The notes under the pieces are model-generated. The model was not told where the DNA came from, made no database searches, and saw nothing but the letters and a program-made list of their open reading frames with translations. A DNA stretch of 61,661 nt, the filler included, from Choristocarpus tenellus KU-1152 (taxonomy: Eukaryota; Protista; Phaeophyceae): assembly GCA_964200185.2 (NCBI GenBank). It is 10 parts of 10 records of this genome, joined end to end, with 100 filler letters (N's around TTAATTAATTAA, not from the genome) between each part and the next. Parts side by side here need not be neighbours in the genome. Positions count along the whole stretch, not along the records: positions 22,350 to 40,870 come from CAXNAD020000544.1; 9 more parts are not named here. One strand, 5' to 3'. Below are positions 25,023 to 38,509 of the stretch, piece by piece (the stretch's first letter is position 1; the number at the start of each line of letters is the position of its first letter). Made by a program: the position numbers and the translations under genes.

Positions 25023-26425
25023 ATGGGTTGTAATTTAAGCTCGGTTGACTATGATGACAAGCCTAAGCGTGTTGTTAGGACGGCGACCTGCAGCTTCGAG
25101 GATGACCAGTTGGACGATGATACAGTTGTCGCACTTGTTGAGACGGAGGAGGAGAGTTTGCGTGAGCGAGCGAAATTTCATAGTAATATTTCCTTGAGCT
25201 CATTGCAGGATATCCAACCCCTTGCTAGCGGCGGCTTTTGTGCGGTATACTCTTGCAACTTTGGCGGTCACGAGGCAGTACTTAAAACACCGAGACGGGA
25301 TTGCTCGGATCCTATGGGGGCAATTGCAGACATCGAACGCGAAATCGCCACTTACATGCGTATCATGGATTCTACGGGGGGACATGCGCGTATCTGCAAA
25401 GCTTACGGTGCGGGGTGTTATCAGGACAAGGGAGTGGACAGACCATTTCTCGTTTTGGAACGACTCAGGGATGACACCCTTGCACATGCCCTTGAGAGCA
25501 CTGGGGAGTTGGGAGGACCGAGCCAATTATCCTCCCGATGTGCATGTGCCTGTCCTCCTATGGTATTGTTGGAGCAACGCCTGGAGATTTGCCTGGAGTT
25601 GGTCCAGGCACTAGAATACCTTCACAACAGTGCTATCCCAGGATGTTGTGTATTACACAGGTGAGATACTCCATTTCGGACTGCGTCTTGTGTGGTGGTG
25701 GAACCTTCCATTTCATTCAAAGTGATCTACCCCGCACTCGCTTACGCTTGTCAATGTTTTTGTCACTTGCCCCGACCCAAAACAGAGATCTTAAACCTAC
25801 TAATATTGGACTGACAGTAGATGGACACATCAAAGTCTTTGATCTGGGGCTGTCTACCGTACTAGATACACGCCAAGAGGATGACGAGAAGTTTGAGGTG
25901 AGGCTCAGAATCAAAGCAAGCAATACAAGCCGCACTGATGAACCTCTCCAATCTAGAAGTCCATAGTTGTATGATATCCACCGAAAGGCATCAACTTGTG
26001 GTGTCTTTAAATGTCAGTGGAAGTGCTTTCAATTCGTTGGGTTAAAGGATGGTTGCGTGTATATGGATCATGAATACCCTCCTCAATAACAGATGACGGG
26101 AGAAACGGGGAGCAAACGTTTCATGGCGCCGGAGGTGTGCAGGGGACTTCCCTACAATGAGAAGGCAGACGTTTACTCCTTTTCAATCATTATGTGGGAG
26201 ATGTGTGCGTTGCTGAAGCCCTTTGCTCAAATGGATGCGGAGGAGCATTTCCGTGAGGTCATCGAGAAAGGGACACGGCCACCTTTGTCTGATGCCTGGC
26301 CAGTAGACGTAATCCTATTGATGGAGGACTGTTGGAATGAGGACCCAGATTGTCGTCCTGTAGCAAGGGTGGTACGGGAAAGGTTAGAGAATATAGTGAG
26401 GAACTCTAAGGAGGTGCTAGAGTGA
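25023..26425 (+). CDS. Serine/threonine protein kinase, TKL-like, ~360 aa. Exons 25023-25660, 25786-25897, 26093-26425
   Basis: LASGGFCAVY Gly-loop, AVLK, HRDLKPTN spanning intron 1, DLG in place of DFG, MTGETGSKRFMAPEV, KADVYSF, RP. Splice phases are consistent. Confidence 0.93.
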
Positions 26426-29346
26426 TTGGATTACCGCGCTTAACGGCGATTGATGCAGGTTATGGTGTGATACAGATGTGTTGCACATGTTAGTTTGTTA
26501 CAGATTTTTTACTTTTCAAGTGCCCTTTGAGGGTCTGTTAGTTTTTCCCTATCAAGTTCGCTGGACCCGTGCTTTGCTTGTGTTCTAGGCTATTGTTGAT
26601 AGAAATTGTGATCAAATTGTCTCCTTGTATGCCCAGCTTCATGTGCTGCTGTGGAGTATTCTAGCAGTCCCCGTGTGACTCTCATTTTGAATACGTGTAT
26701 CTATTTTAAGTGTTGCCCACTATGAACTTGTATTTGAAATATAGTTTCCTCTTTTTGACTTAAATAGAGCAGATTCACTGCTTGCCCGCTACAAAATGAT
26801 TTTGTGGGGATTGTTGTTGTATAAATGTTGATTTTTTTGGCCTTCCATGCGTGAAACGCCCATGCAGTGTGGGCATGTGTCTGGTTTTCAGTTATGTGAA
26901 TAAGTGGTATGGCCTCACCAAGGCCGCCCTCTTGCACAGAGCACTCACAGAGACATTAATCTCTCAAAATAGTAAGTAACAAAGCTTCCATTTGATTGTC
27001 AGCCAATATCACTATCCTTCCTCCACTCGACAGAAATGAGTCCAAGATGTGATGTCTGTATCAATGTGCTTTGTTGTGAGAAAGTGAAGAATTAAAGGTC
27101 AAAAAATCTGTGATGGCAGTGGTGGGAGCTAATGAAACTATTTGCTTACAAAATTCGGTGATGACCAAGAGATACAGTCTGCAAGAAGTCAGTTATGCAA
27201 ACGACAGGAGCAGTATCTTTCATATCAGTTCAAACATACTAGGTAGTATTGTTCAAGCCCACTGACATTTTTAAGATGAACTCGTGGGGAGGGCAAGGAT
27301 CAGTTGATGTACAAGACAGAACAATATGACGAACACAGGAACACAACCTACAAATGCTTCCAACGAGCGTCTTTGCATGCATTAGCAGTTCTTCAATACT
27401 TGGAAGCAAGAAATCGACGTCTTTAAAACTATGAGTATATCGCAGCTGGAGTAGGCATGGTTGCATTTTAAGGATCTAGTGAAATGTCAAAAATATGCGC
27501 CTTTTCGTACAAATGCGGAAAGGGCCTTGGCTGGATTATTATGTCGATTTGTTTGTTATTGTGGAAAGGGCGAATACCAATTTTGCGTACACTGTTGTGC
27601 ACATCAACCAATGAATTAGGATGCATTGGATAGGGTAAGAACAGTGTGTATAAAATTGCATAGGATCAAAACCTGTCTACCTCTAGATTGCATTTACTTT
27701 TCATACATACTACATGAAAACAATGAACAAATGGAGTTACACTCACTTGAAACTATCCCTAGATTGGCAATAATGAAAACGATGTAAACATAAGGAAATA
27801 TCCCAACAGTCGACTACGCCCCTGTGATCAACGTGGGAGCCACCTCCAGCCAGGGATTCCCCCTATGTAGTAAGAGAGCCATCCCCCATTTTTTCCAAAT
27901 GTTTTCGGTGTAATTTGATCAGTCGATTTTTCACTTTCCAGGAAATGTGAAGAATGGCAGGCACAAGTTTGCCCACAGTATATATATATATATATCAGGT
28001 TATTTAGCAGGTGATTCCCGCATGTAAGATAAGCCGTACAAACTCTAGCCATTTTTGTTCAGCATTTTGGAGGTTCTGACCCTTTTGTTGAAGTTATTCT
28101 TACAGTAGTGTGTGATAGTACAATATACCTCTTGGGGTTGCATGCTGCCATAGATTCATGTATGAAAGATGCTGGACTACACACACATGTACTTGTCTTG
28201 AAAGATAAGACATCGGGCATGTGTGGTTCTTCAGCACGACCACCTGATTCACGACATTTAGGTTATTATGTACTCTTTTGTTGAGGTATTAACTCGCCCA
28301 CAATGTGATGTACACTTCAAAGCAATGACCTTCGAACAGATGTATGCCATGCACTGCGTAGTGATTTGTGACTCTATCGCACACCCTTTTGTAGTAAATA
28401 CAGCTTTTAAACAAGCGAGTTAAAAGCTTCGCATTGCTGCATAAAATGGGTAGGGTTTGCCCGATTTGAAATACGTGTAAGGGCCACAGTCATTATGACC
28501 TCTTCTTGATGTCGTCCGTCTGCTGTCTGGCGCCTGGTGTGGGAATCCCAACTTGACAGAAAAATCAAACTAACAAGGTCCACCAAAGAAACAGGTACTA
28601 CCTACAATGCTGTGCAGAATCCGGTCGAACACCTATCAATCAATTGTGGGATAGACTCTCAGCTCTACTCCATTCAATCCTCTAGAGTGATGGGAAAGAT
28701 ACCGCCTTAAGAGGACAAGACAAAAGTGGACTCAAAATTAGCTTTCAAGATATTTCAGATCAACATTTGCTTTTTCCTATCCTGGTAGAATACTCCTCCA
28801 ATGAGCTCTGTCAGTCATCCAAACGACTTCCTCCTTCCTATAGTATACATCATTCAGACCCATTCAACTTCACCATCAATTGACAGTTAGATGCCTTGAA
28901 GGCGACATACGTCCCATTGCATCCGGTGCCACTGCCCCCCCCTTGCCCCCCCCTAGTATCGCCTGTTCCACCAGTTGAGTTGCAAAATTAGTAAAATAGT
29001 CCAAAACATAAAAAGAGAAGAGTGTGAGGAACTTGCTACTTCAGAAGGGAATCCTCAACAACACAACAACAGTGTCAAGACCACAACTGTTCCCAAATGA
29101 CATTACTCCAACATGTATTATCTACATGATCCAACACGATCCAACACAACTAGGAAACATTCTATACACACATGCATGCAATCAAAATCTTCACAAGGGG
29201 AGCAAGCAGACCAAACCCATTGGAGTGAGAAGGAGAGTATATAATTCAGAGAACAATGACCCCCATCCCCACAATACAATCTCGGGCATCATTCAATACA
29301 AGAGACTCTGTCATGTGCCCCAACAACGGAAAAATATCGTCCACAT

Positions 29347-29604
29347 GAGCCAAAGTATCTTAGAGGGTAGAGCCACGTCCATTTGGGGACCAAAGTCCGA
29401 TGTTACAATTTTGATGTAATTTTGGCTATCATGTTTGCTAGGAGATGTCAACATCCTTGTTCCGGACACACATTTTCATAACTATACATTTTACCTACTC
29501 CGAAACATTTTGGAGTAGGTAAAATGTCATTAAAAACACGTGGGAAGCCAAGCCCCAAATTGACAAACAGGGAAATACTCGTGCCCTCTAAGATACTTTC
29601 TCTC
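29347..29604 (+). mobile_element. MITE family B, full length, TSD ACAT
   Basis: TIRs GAGCCAAAGTATCTTAGAGGG and CCCTCTAAGATACTTTCTCTC; ACAT on both sides. Confidence 0.9.
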
Positions 29605-31272
29605 ACATGCTTCCATCTCATCCGAGTGGCAAATGCGTACACTATACTCAAGATGCTCTAATCGATCTACTTACCACCCTGGATAATCAGTTGGATGTAT
29701 CAGTTGGTCAGGTAGGTTCCGCCGAGGACACATTTCATCCCAAAGACTACCAACTCATCACATGAAAGGATTGGTCAATTGCCGCAGCCAACAACAGGTT
29801 AATGTGCACCCACAACGCTCTCGTGCGATACCAGGAACCATATATCCATTGATACGCAGGCCTTGTGTTTACTGTTGTGCGCTTCAGATGCTCCAAGGGC
29901 AAAATATCGGTAATAGCTACTATCATTCCTGGAACGAAAAATCCAACGTCCACACACCTGAGACAACAGGGTATTGACAAGAAGAGTGAAAGGCGGACAT
30001 GAAGACATCGCCAAAAGCAGCAATCTGCAACTACTGCTCAAAGGACAACAGGTCAACAACACATTATCTGAGAAAGATGTTAGGCAACGGGTCAAGGATA
30101 AGATTTCGTCCGTTTCACAAGTGGACTATACCTTTTTGTTGAGCCTCAAGCACTGGGAATGCCTTTCATTATTTGTAGAAACATCCAGTGCGATCCACTT
30201 CACCAGCCAAACATCTATACAAGTATCATAAACCTCTAAACTACACCTGTAAGCAAGAAAGTCTGAGAGTCAGGAGGGGATACCTGTTTCTCGGATTTTC
30301 ATGTTGTATCGATTGGAATTTTCGGTATTGAAAAGTATGATGTCCACCTGTACGATATATCGAAATGACGGTCAAGTATGACACACAAGGCAAAAACTCC
30401 CCACCAGCATGTCAAGGGCCACAGTAGCTGTCACCTCACAGCTTTACTCTCTATACCAGACCATTCATCTGCGCTTATGTCCTGGCCTACCCATTCATCA
30501 ATCCCATATGGTATGTATCGAGAGTACTGCTGCAAGCATTGCCCACTGAAAAAGATACTGGTATACATACAGGATATCCAATAATGAATGTATATGGGAG
30601 GACTCCATATTCACTGGGTATACTTATAAATTAAACCACATCCTTGAATGTGTAAGAGGGAACAAAACTCAGGTGCCCCATACCCCCAAACCATTTAAGA
30701 GAGGCAGCCTATCACCTGCCCAGTCCTCCAAGCAAATCTCCTTATCACTAAAAAAGTCCCTTACCTAAATATAGAGGCAGGGCCAGGATTCAATAGTATC
30801 TAATTGTCAAATAAGTGCCCACCCAAGATTTACCTCCTAAATAAAACCTTACCTACATAGAAAAGGTGAGGTATATTCTCTTACACAAGTGGTATCACTT
30901 TGCTATTGTCCATTTTCCACTTCAATTACACCTGCTGCAGTACTACTTACCAGTATTACCTAAATGTGCACTTCGAAATGGAAAGATGAAAAGGGCTTAC
31001 AACTTGCTTTCCACCCACAAGGAGAGGTGCTCTGTTACCTAGCCTTCTTTTTTTTTACATTTACATGTAGAGCCCGATTTTCCATAGTCCGGGCAGGGTA
31101 GCATACTCTCATCATCCAATCAAAAACAAAAAGAAACGAAAGCTCACTCACGTGGTAATAGGCGGAGAGGACCTGGACAGATAAATCCAAACGAATCTAA
31201 TGCACTACCAATCAATTACGAGAGCGATGGAGTATCTAACATTCGATCTTCCTAGTACTTTGCATTTCAGAT

Positions 31273-31421
31273 GAGCCAAAGTATCTTAGAGGGTAGAGCC
31301 GCGTCCATTTGGGGGCCAAAATCCATTGTTGCGATTTATTGAAATTTTGGCTATCTGAGGGAAGCCAAGCCCCAAATGGACAAACAGGGCAAAACTCGTA
31401 CCCTCTAAGATACTTTCACTC
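31273..31421 (+). mobile_element. MITE family B, internally deleted (149 bp)
   Basis: Both TIRs intact; about 110 bp of the centre missing. Confidence 0.88.
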
Positions 31422-33567
31422 GATGTCAGTAGTCACCTGAAATATCGCTGACCACTGTGATGTCGCAAGTTTTACGTAACGGTCGTGGCAAGTCGAAAAA
31501 AACTCATGTCCACTAGGGTGCGGGTAACCCAACACAAATTAATAATCGACCTGTAACATCTTTCGTAACCCATAGCTAAGCCCTCAAGAAACTCACCAAC
31601 CCCACGCTCATCCCTGTGCCCAGGCAAATGATATCGGTGTCTAAGTGCACCTTCAAACCCTAACTCAAACACCGTAACCCTTTCTCAAGGTCCCCCCCAC
31701 AACTTCTCATTACCTATCTGCTGTACAGTTTGCACCCACTCTTCAACGACCCTTGACTATCTTCAATGCAGGACCAGTGTTGATGAATGAGTGCTTCTCT
31801 CAAGGCAGGATTATATTCAGTGATACCCAGACATAACTGTGGCGTGAGGGTGATGGCAGTAAAGTGCGCTGGGCAGTAGATAGGGTGGACTAGGGAGCCC
31901 GCGAGCCAATCAACAGGCAACAAATCAAAGGCCTTTGCTTAGCCTACCCTCCCTACCCAACCCCTAGCTTAACCAAACCAGAACCTGTAATGCACAATCA
32001 ACTACAACCATTGTTGTCGTTGGCACTAAAAGTGAAGTTGTGGATTATTGCAACATAGGTAGCAGCTGTCTTCGAAAACCCCCTTGGTGTGCAAAAAAAT
32101 GAACATAAAAAACGATACCACGCACAGTTGAATAAGAGGAATACAACGTGGTGACAAAGGGAGCCTCACCAAAAGTTTGGGGAGTTGCTACAGATTCCGC
32201 GCAAAGGAATCAAATAACGCCTTCCCCCCCGTAAGTGGCGCTCTGCCTCATTGCACTACCAGAAGCGATGCGTCCATTGGGAGGCGTGACAGGATAGGTT
32301 AAAACTCACGTTTTGCCTCACAAAAACAAAAAAAGTTACCAGTGTATCTTGAGTCTCGAAGAACAAGAAGTTAAATGAACACAACTATTGATGTTGGGAG
32401 AGATGGATGGCCTAATGGGCACCACAACAAAAAGAAAAAAAGAGAAGGATACTGAACTGGCAGCATCTAACGTGCTTGTAGCTAGCTATTGCTAGGGGTG
32501 AAGCTGTGGACAAGATTGACAGCTGCTATCAGAAGAAAATGTCTCTGAGGACCAAAGCAAACATGCAGGCATGAGGAACTTGAGGAACAGGAACAAGGCC
32601 CATCCACTCAGCTGACTAGACCACATCCGCTCGAGACCACGTTTAGCAAAGATAGCAGCATTTGCACACACACACCAGACAACACGCAAGGCAACACCCC
32701 CAGTGAGCAGTCCATGCCAATGTATTTCATGCTTGTGCATTAAGAGAGTGGATTAAGAGAGTGCATGCAACGAGAAGTGACCCGGTAGTGTGATTCAACA
32801 ACACAGCAGAACCAAAGTGATCAAAAGGTTTTAACAAAAAACAAACTTCCATTAGTGCCAATAATATACTTTCATAGTGCACAGGAGGTAAAACGACGAG
32901 GGGGCAGGTCAGGACTCACACTACACAGGTACTACGAATTTGCTTCGATGCAATAAAAAAGGTATATCTTTCTTGTGAACAAAAAGGTATACCTTTAAAC
33001 TTGGGGTATGCTTGTACAAGGAAAGAACACTAAAAACAAGTAACAAAGATCGACGTATCCCCTGTACCAAATCTTGGGGGACGGCTCAACGCGGCCGAGG
33101 ACAAGCAAGTGCACCATCACCAAGCAGGCGAAGGGGCACTATACGTCTAAACAGACTGGACCAAAAAAATCATACGCACGCTGTAAGACCAATTCAAACT
33201 CTTTTTAGTCTTCAGTCCAGGAGTGTGCCGAGTATGAACTGATCGGGCCATGATCGGAAGTCCAATAAGGAGGTACTTCAGAAGCATGAACTAGAGAGCG
33301 AGATCAATAAGATGCAGGCCAATATATCTGTTTGCTTGCATATGTTTATTGGCAACACGTAGTCCAAAAACAAATCTCACCACAACTATTTACAAAGGCA
33401 TTATGAGGCGCACGATCGACCCTCTTCGCCGGACTCTCTATATACAACGCTCCCCCTTACCCACACAATGGGTTCGTCCCACACCATCAGGCCTTGTGTC
33501 GTAAAGAAAAAACATAGCAAGGCTGATGATAAAGAGGACTTGTTTTATCGACCCCTGGCAGCTTAGC

Positions 33568-35657
33568 TCACAGAAGGAAATATGCAGAGAGCACAAGCAC
33601 TGTAGTCAAACAAGTGCCGAGCATCACGTAGTCATTCTCTGGTGCACGTCCCAGTGTCCTGACAACATACTCCTCTTTCTTGGCTTTGTAGTCCTTTGCA
33701 TACGATGCCTTGGGTTTCGACAGCTCCTGCAAGGTTCATTAACGTGGATCAATCCACATATTGATGAAAAACAGAGAGCTCAATGTAGAGGATAGTAAAA
33801 CACGGCAAATGAATTCAGGTCAACAGGTTCTGCTGGAGCATATGCTTGTGCTTCCCGCACACGGTCATTTCAGTACATAGTCTCTGAGAGTAGGCTTAGT
33901 GTGACCAGTGGGGCTGAACACGAGAAAAGATTCATAAGTTGCCTAGAGGTTTTTTGGGTTTGGCACAATACACGTATGATACTTGTTGGACTTGCCTTCC
34001 ACATGTCCTTGTCGAATGCCTCATCAATGTGAGAAACATCAGGGAACTCTACATAGTCCTTTTCATTTAGTTTCAGCTGTGGGGCTTGAGCAATGTATAG
34101 CAGCTCATTGCTCACCTGTGAAAAAAAAAATTGGTCATGTAGCATGGCAAGGCCAGGTGATGGATAATGGAGGCATTTGTACGCAGTACGAGGGGCATGG
34201 GCACTGAAAACACTACCTTGTACCCTGTGCATTCACATATGGTAGAGTTTAGGCATAGGTTAGTGCTCTTGATCACATCCACAGAGATCATGGAAGGCCT
34301 TGACTCAGCAGTCTACAGCCAAGGGATCAACGTCAAGTCGTGGTCATGGGTTCACTTGATGTTACAACGTCCTCAATCACAACTGACTTGTTCAGTTACA
34401 AGGGCTCTGCTAGAATAGGTCTCCTGGAAGAAGATGGCAGCAGATACACACCAATCGTACATCCCTGTCCCTGTGGTACTTCATGCTTTTGAGAAGATCT
34501 ACAGCTTGGGCATTCCTGCCAGCCGCCTGCAAAGCCTGAGCCGCCCACAGTTTGAACTCTCCACCCCTGCGCGAGTCTTCCCCTGCATATGATACTGCTC
34601 GGGTCAGCATCTCCAATGCCGTCTCGTAGTTCCCTTTGCCCATGTGGACAATGGCCTCCTCGTAAAAAACCTTCACAGGGATTATGTGTGGAGGAAGCAC
34701 ATTGCCAAAGCGCCAGATAAACGATACGAGAGGACAATCAAGCGTGAATAGCACCTCGGGGAGTGGTATCGCTTTGGTCCACTCTTGGGTTCAGGTGTCG
34801 CTGAATTTATGGTTGAGAGAGGGGGAGGTTGAGGAAACTAAGGAACGAGAAGTCTATCAGTATTGTGGCGCCGAACGAACACCGCTACCCGATCATATGA
34901 CACAGAGAAGATAGACTTGTGCTGCGCATCGATTATTGTTTTTTTTTCATGTACCCATATCGTAAAGGGTATTGTCGAAGGCTTGCAAAAAGCTCACCTC
35001 TGCCTTCTCCTCTACCGTGAGAGTTTCGCCTTCCTTAGCACGTTTGAGAAGACCTTCTGCTCGGTTGCCCTTCCCCGCTTTCCTTCCAGCCACATCAGCA
35101 TCCAACCATGCCCCGAATACCTTGACTTTGTCTCGGCCTGTAAATGTGCAGGAATTGAGTTTGGCGATGGACTGGGCAGTCACGAGCCGATTGACGTGAA
35201 ATTTCCCCAACCTCCCTCCACTGACACACCAAGATGAAGGTGTGCGTGTTGCTGGAGAATGGGATGAAAACTACACAGCTAAAGTATGAGCTAACAGTGT
35301 GTTACTAAGGATGATGGCGAGTCAGACTTTGAAGATCAAATACTAGGGCAAACCACCTAAAAAACTTTGGCGGTCGGGGCGGGGAACTAAGATCTTACCA
35401 ATTGCTGGCGGACGTTCCATGACAATGTCGTCTATCACGTCTAGAGATTCGTCTATCGAAAGATCACGCTTTGGCCTCTTTCCATGTCCATTCCCGAATT
35501 CTCGTGCTTGATCAGCAGATGCGAGCAACCTTCCACCATGCCGATATACATGGTTACATCTGGCTAGTGCAAAACCTAGTGATGGAGAACGCGCTTCTGA
35601 AGTTGCCTCGGTTGTAAACAGTAGCGATAGGGCAAGGAGTGACTCCAACCGAAGCAT
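33568..35657 (-). CDS. Plastid-type TPR-like protein with C-terminal hydrophobic tail, ~298 aa. Exons 35657-35399, 35137-34998, 34670-34452, 34115-33996, 33726-33568
   Basis: Signal-peptide-like N-terminus; core GKGNYETALEML...SRRGGEFKLWAAQALQAAGR...LLYIAQAPQLKL resembles (from memory) the cyanobacterial/plant chloroplast TPR family containing Arabidopsis At3g05625. Phases consistent using a GC donor at intron 4. Confidence 0.85.
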
Positions 35658-35889
35658 CGCTTCAATAGTGAAGCGGTTGATAGAAGTAAGGATCAAGTAA
35701 GGTACAGGTGCGAGAAGTAGTATATTGTAGTGTGTACAACCAAATTATGATATAGGAGTTAGTTCATAGAATTACACTACTACTGTGTCAGCGATAAGGA
35801 TAAAATAATCCCGCCCCTCGCGCTCTACACGCAGATGCAAGGGAGTTGGATTTCGTCTGTCAACAGCCTAACCCAATAACCCGGTTCCT
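35658..35889. promoter_or_regulatory. Putative bidirectional promoter region
   Basis: 232 bp between divergent start codons at 35657 (-) and 35890 (+); contains CCCGCCCC and CCAAT-like motifs. Confidence 0.55.
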
Positions 35890-38509
35890 ATGGTGAGGAC
35901 TTCCCCCTCACCATCCTCTCCCGATGTAGATACAGATGTTAATAGCACGCAGGATGTGCCAGCAGTGGCGAAGACGTTCTTGGGAACGGCAAGAGCAAGG
36001 CTCAACAGACGAAAATTCGAGCGTACAGTGCCTCACAGTGCAACATATCATCTCGCTGCAGGAACTGCAGCCGGGGTTGTTACTACCGTTATGTTGTACC
36101 CTCTGGATCTGATCAAGACAAGGTACCAGGTACACATAGTTCTTCGCTTGGTAGATCAGATTTACATTCGGGAGCGATAGACTTGGCTCAGGGAAAAACC
36201 TATTTGGTGATTTCAAACTTCCCACAACGACACCCAATGAAAGCGATAATATGGGACAGGCACTGGGTAGGAACAAGAGGTAGGTGAAATGTACTTCCTG
36301 AAGTGTGTACTAAAGCCTTGTTCAAAACCTCCAACCAGGTGTACGACCAAGGACCTTCTCCCTATGGCAATTTGAGGACAGCCTTTCGATTAATTGTGAA
36401 GTCCGAGGGTTACTCAGGTCTTTACCAGGTGCATGTTTCGATTGCTTAGTGTGCATTTATGTTACTTCGCTTACCTAACCTTTGGAAACCTTGCTTCAGA
36501 TGGACTATCATATTCAACTTCTCTCTTAATGGTGATGACCTTGCCGCACCACGTACGGTGTTCCAAGAGATGAATGACTCGACACTGCTATCTTTGCAAG
36601 AGAATGCTATGCCTACTATGATGCGATGCGAGGTACACCTTGCCACGTTATTTACTGCTATTCTGTGGTATCGAACACGTGCAGCACTGATTCCGGCCTC
36701 GCTTAACCTAATCTCGTTCCAGGGCCTTGTCCCAGCCCTGACAGGGAATGCAATTGCGTGGGGTGGATTCTTCTACTGTTACGAACAAACAAAGGTTGGT
36801 AGTAGAGTCTGTACTGTTGCCGTTGGGAACCATGCAAATGGCTTGTGATGTGTACTTTTTCTTGCTCCAGATGCTTCCGAGTTGTACCATTTTTAGGCAT
36901 CTCCACAGAGGTTGCACCCATGTAAGAGTTTTTTTTTTGTGGCTACAGAGATTTATGCTCGGGCACACTGGAAATGGAGGACTGCGCCCTGTTCATCACC
37001 TTGGTTCGGGTATGGTCGCAGGAGCGGCAATGGTGTTCGTGACAAACCCTGTGTGGATGATCAAGACACGTATGCAGCTGCAGGATAAGGCCGCTTCTAT
37101 GAGTGGAACACAACCATACAGAAGCTTCTCAGGTGTGCATAAAACACCTTTAGAAAGGACTTCGGGCACCCGCTCTTCTGTTGCCTTACGCGTTTCTGTA
37201 GTAGCGCCATCTCTGTTCTTTGCAACCTCCCTCGTACTATAATCTACAATACTATGGGCATGCAGCAAGAACCGATCAATTCCTCTCAGACATGGTCAAA
37301 GTACTATTTTTAGTGGGAACATTATACACGCCTCATTTGCTGTCTGTACTTCTCTGGCACTCCACTCTTTCCAGATGCCTTTGTCACAATACTCCGCGAG
37401 GAAGGGCCTCGTGCCCTGTACAAGGGAGTTGTTCCAGCATTGGTACTCTGCAGTCAGGGAGCTGTGCAATTTACAGCATACGAATGGCTCAAAGCACGGG
37501 TTCCTGAGAGTGACAAGAATGTCAGTATTCATTGCAGTCACCCACGTTCTGTGCTCACAGAGCCCATTGCAATCTATTTGCATATGGTTTCGATTATGGT
37601 GTATGAGACAAGCTGTCAGGGGTGTTTGTTTTTGCCTTAAGAGTGTTCTCGTATTTTCCGTTCCAATATGCATACTGTCATAGGAATTTAGCAGGTTGGG
37701 TTGTTATATCGCCTGGCTTTGTTTCTTTCTAATAATTGTGAGGAATCCCAACGTGTCTTCCGTTGTTATATCACCTTTTCGACTTTCCAAAAATTGAACA
37801 ATAGAGTGTTGCTACTACGTTGTACTTCATAGGTAAGGTGACGTCTTATGTACTTACGCACAACCACAAGACCGCACACAATTGCATTTGACGCTCGAAT
37901 TTAGGTACAGCACTATCCCACAGTTGGAATGTCCCAAGTATTTTATTTATTACTATGCAGTGCTGATGACTTTGGATTCCACCTCTTCTTTACTTCTTTG
38001 ACACATACCTTCTACAGACACCCGTCGAATCACTCGTCATGGGTGGCACTTCAAAGGCCGTGGCAAGCTTAGTGACATACCCAGCTCAGGTGAGACGGAT
38101 TTTTTTGCCTTGTTCCTACGGCTCGCTTCTCTTATTTGCAGTGACTTGATTAGCAATTTACGCGCACATTGCTGGGTGGTGTTTATATGTGATGTTTGTC
38201 AATGAACCGGGCTAATCCCTGGGTTGTACCTTTCCCCCTCCTCCGATTCCATGCCCCCAGGTGATCAAGTCTCGACTGCAGCAGCGAAGTAGTAAGGAGG
38301 AGCTAAAACAGGGTGTGGTCAGGTACCGAGGAATGCTTCATTGTGCAGTGATGATGGCAAAGAGTGAAGGGGTGCGCGGATTTTTCAAGGGCTGTGTGCC
38401 ATATGCGCTCCGGGCAGCTCCTGCATCTGCAATTACATTTGTTGTCTATGAGGAGGTTTTAAAAGTGCTGAATCAGGGAAAGTCGAGGGCACCTCTGGGT
38501 AGCCCTTGA
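35890..38509 (+). CDS. SLC25A32: Mitochondrial carrier, folate/FAD transporter (SLC25A32/FLX1-like), ~350 aa. Exons 35890-36129, 36339-36428, 36723-36794, 36949-37132, 37375-37520, 38018-38089, 38261-38509
   Basis: Three carrier signature repeats [25 protein letters not shown] and [11 protein letters not shown] (the W and Q substitutions are typical of this subfamily), plus [10 protein letters not shown] and GAVQFTAYE. All splice phases are consistent. Confidence 0.9.

Noticed and set aside
27000-28600. MULE-like or other transposase remnant on the minus strand
   Set aside because: Only a HTC-like tripeptide context; too degraded to support.
29760-30240. BED-finger/hAT-like fragment (GTKNPTSTHL..GI, GMPFII)
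   Set aside because: Cys/His spacing incomplete and no catalytic motifs.
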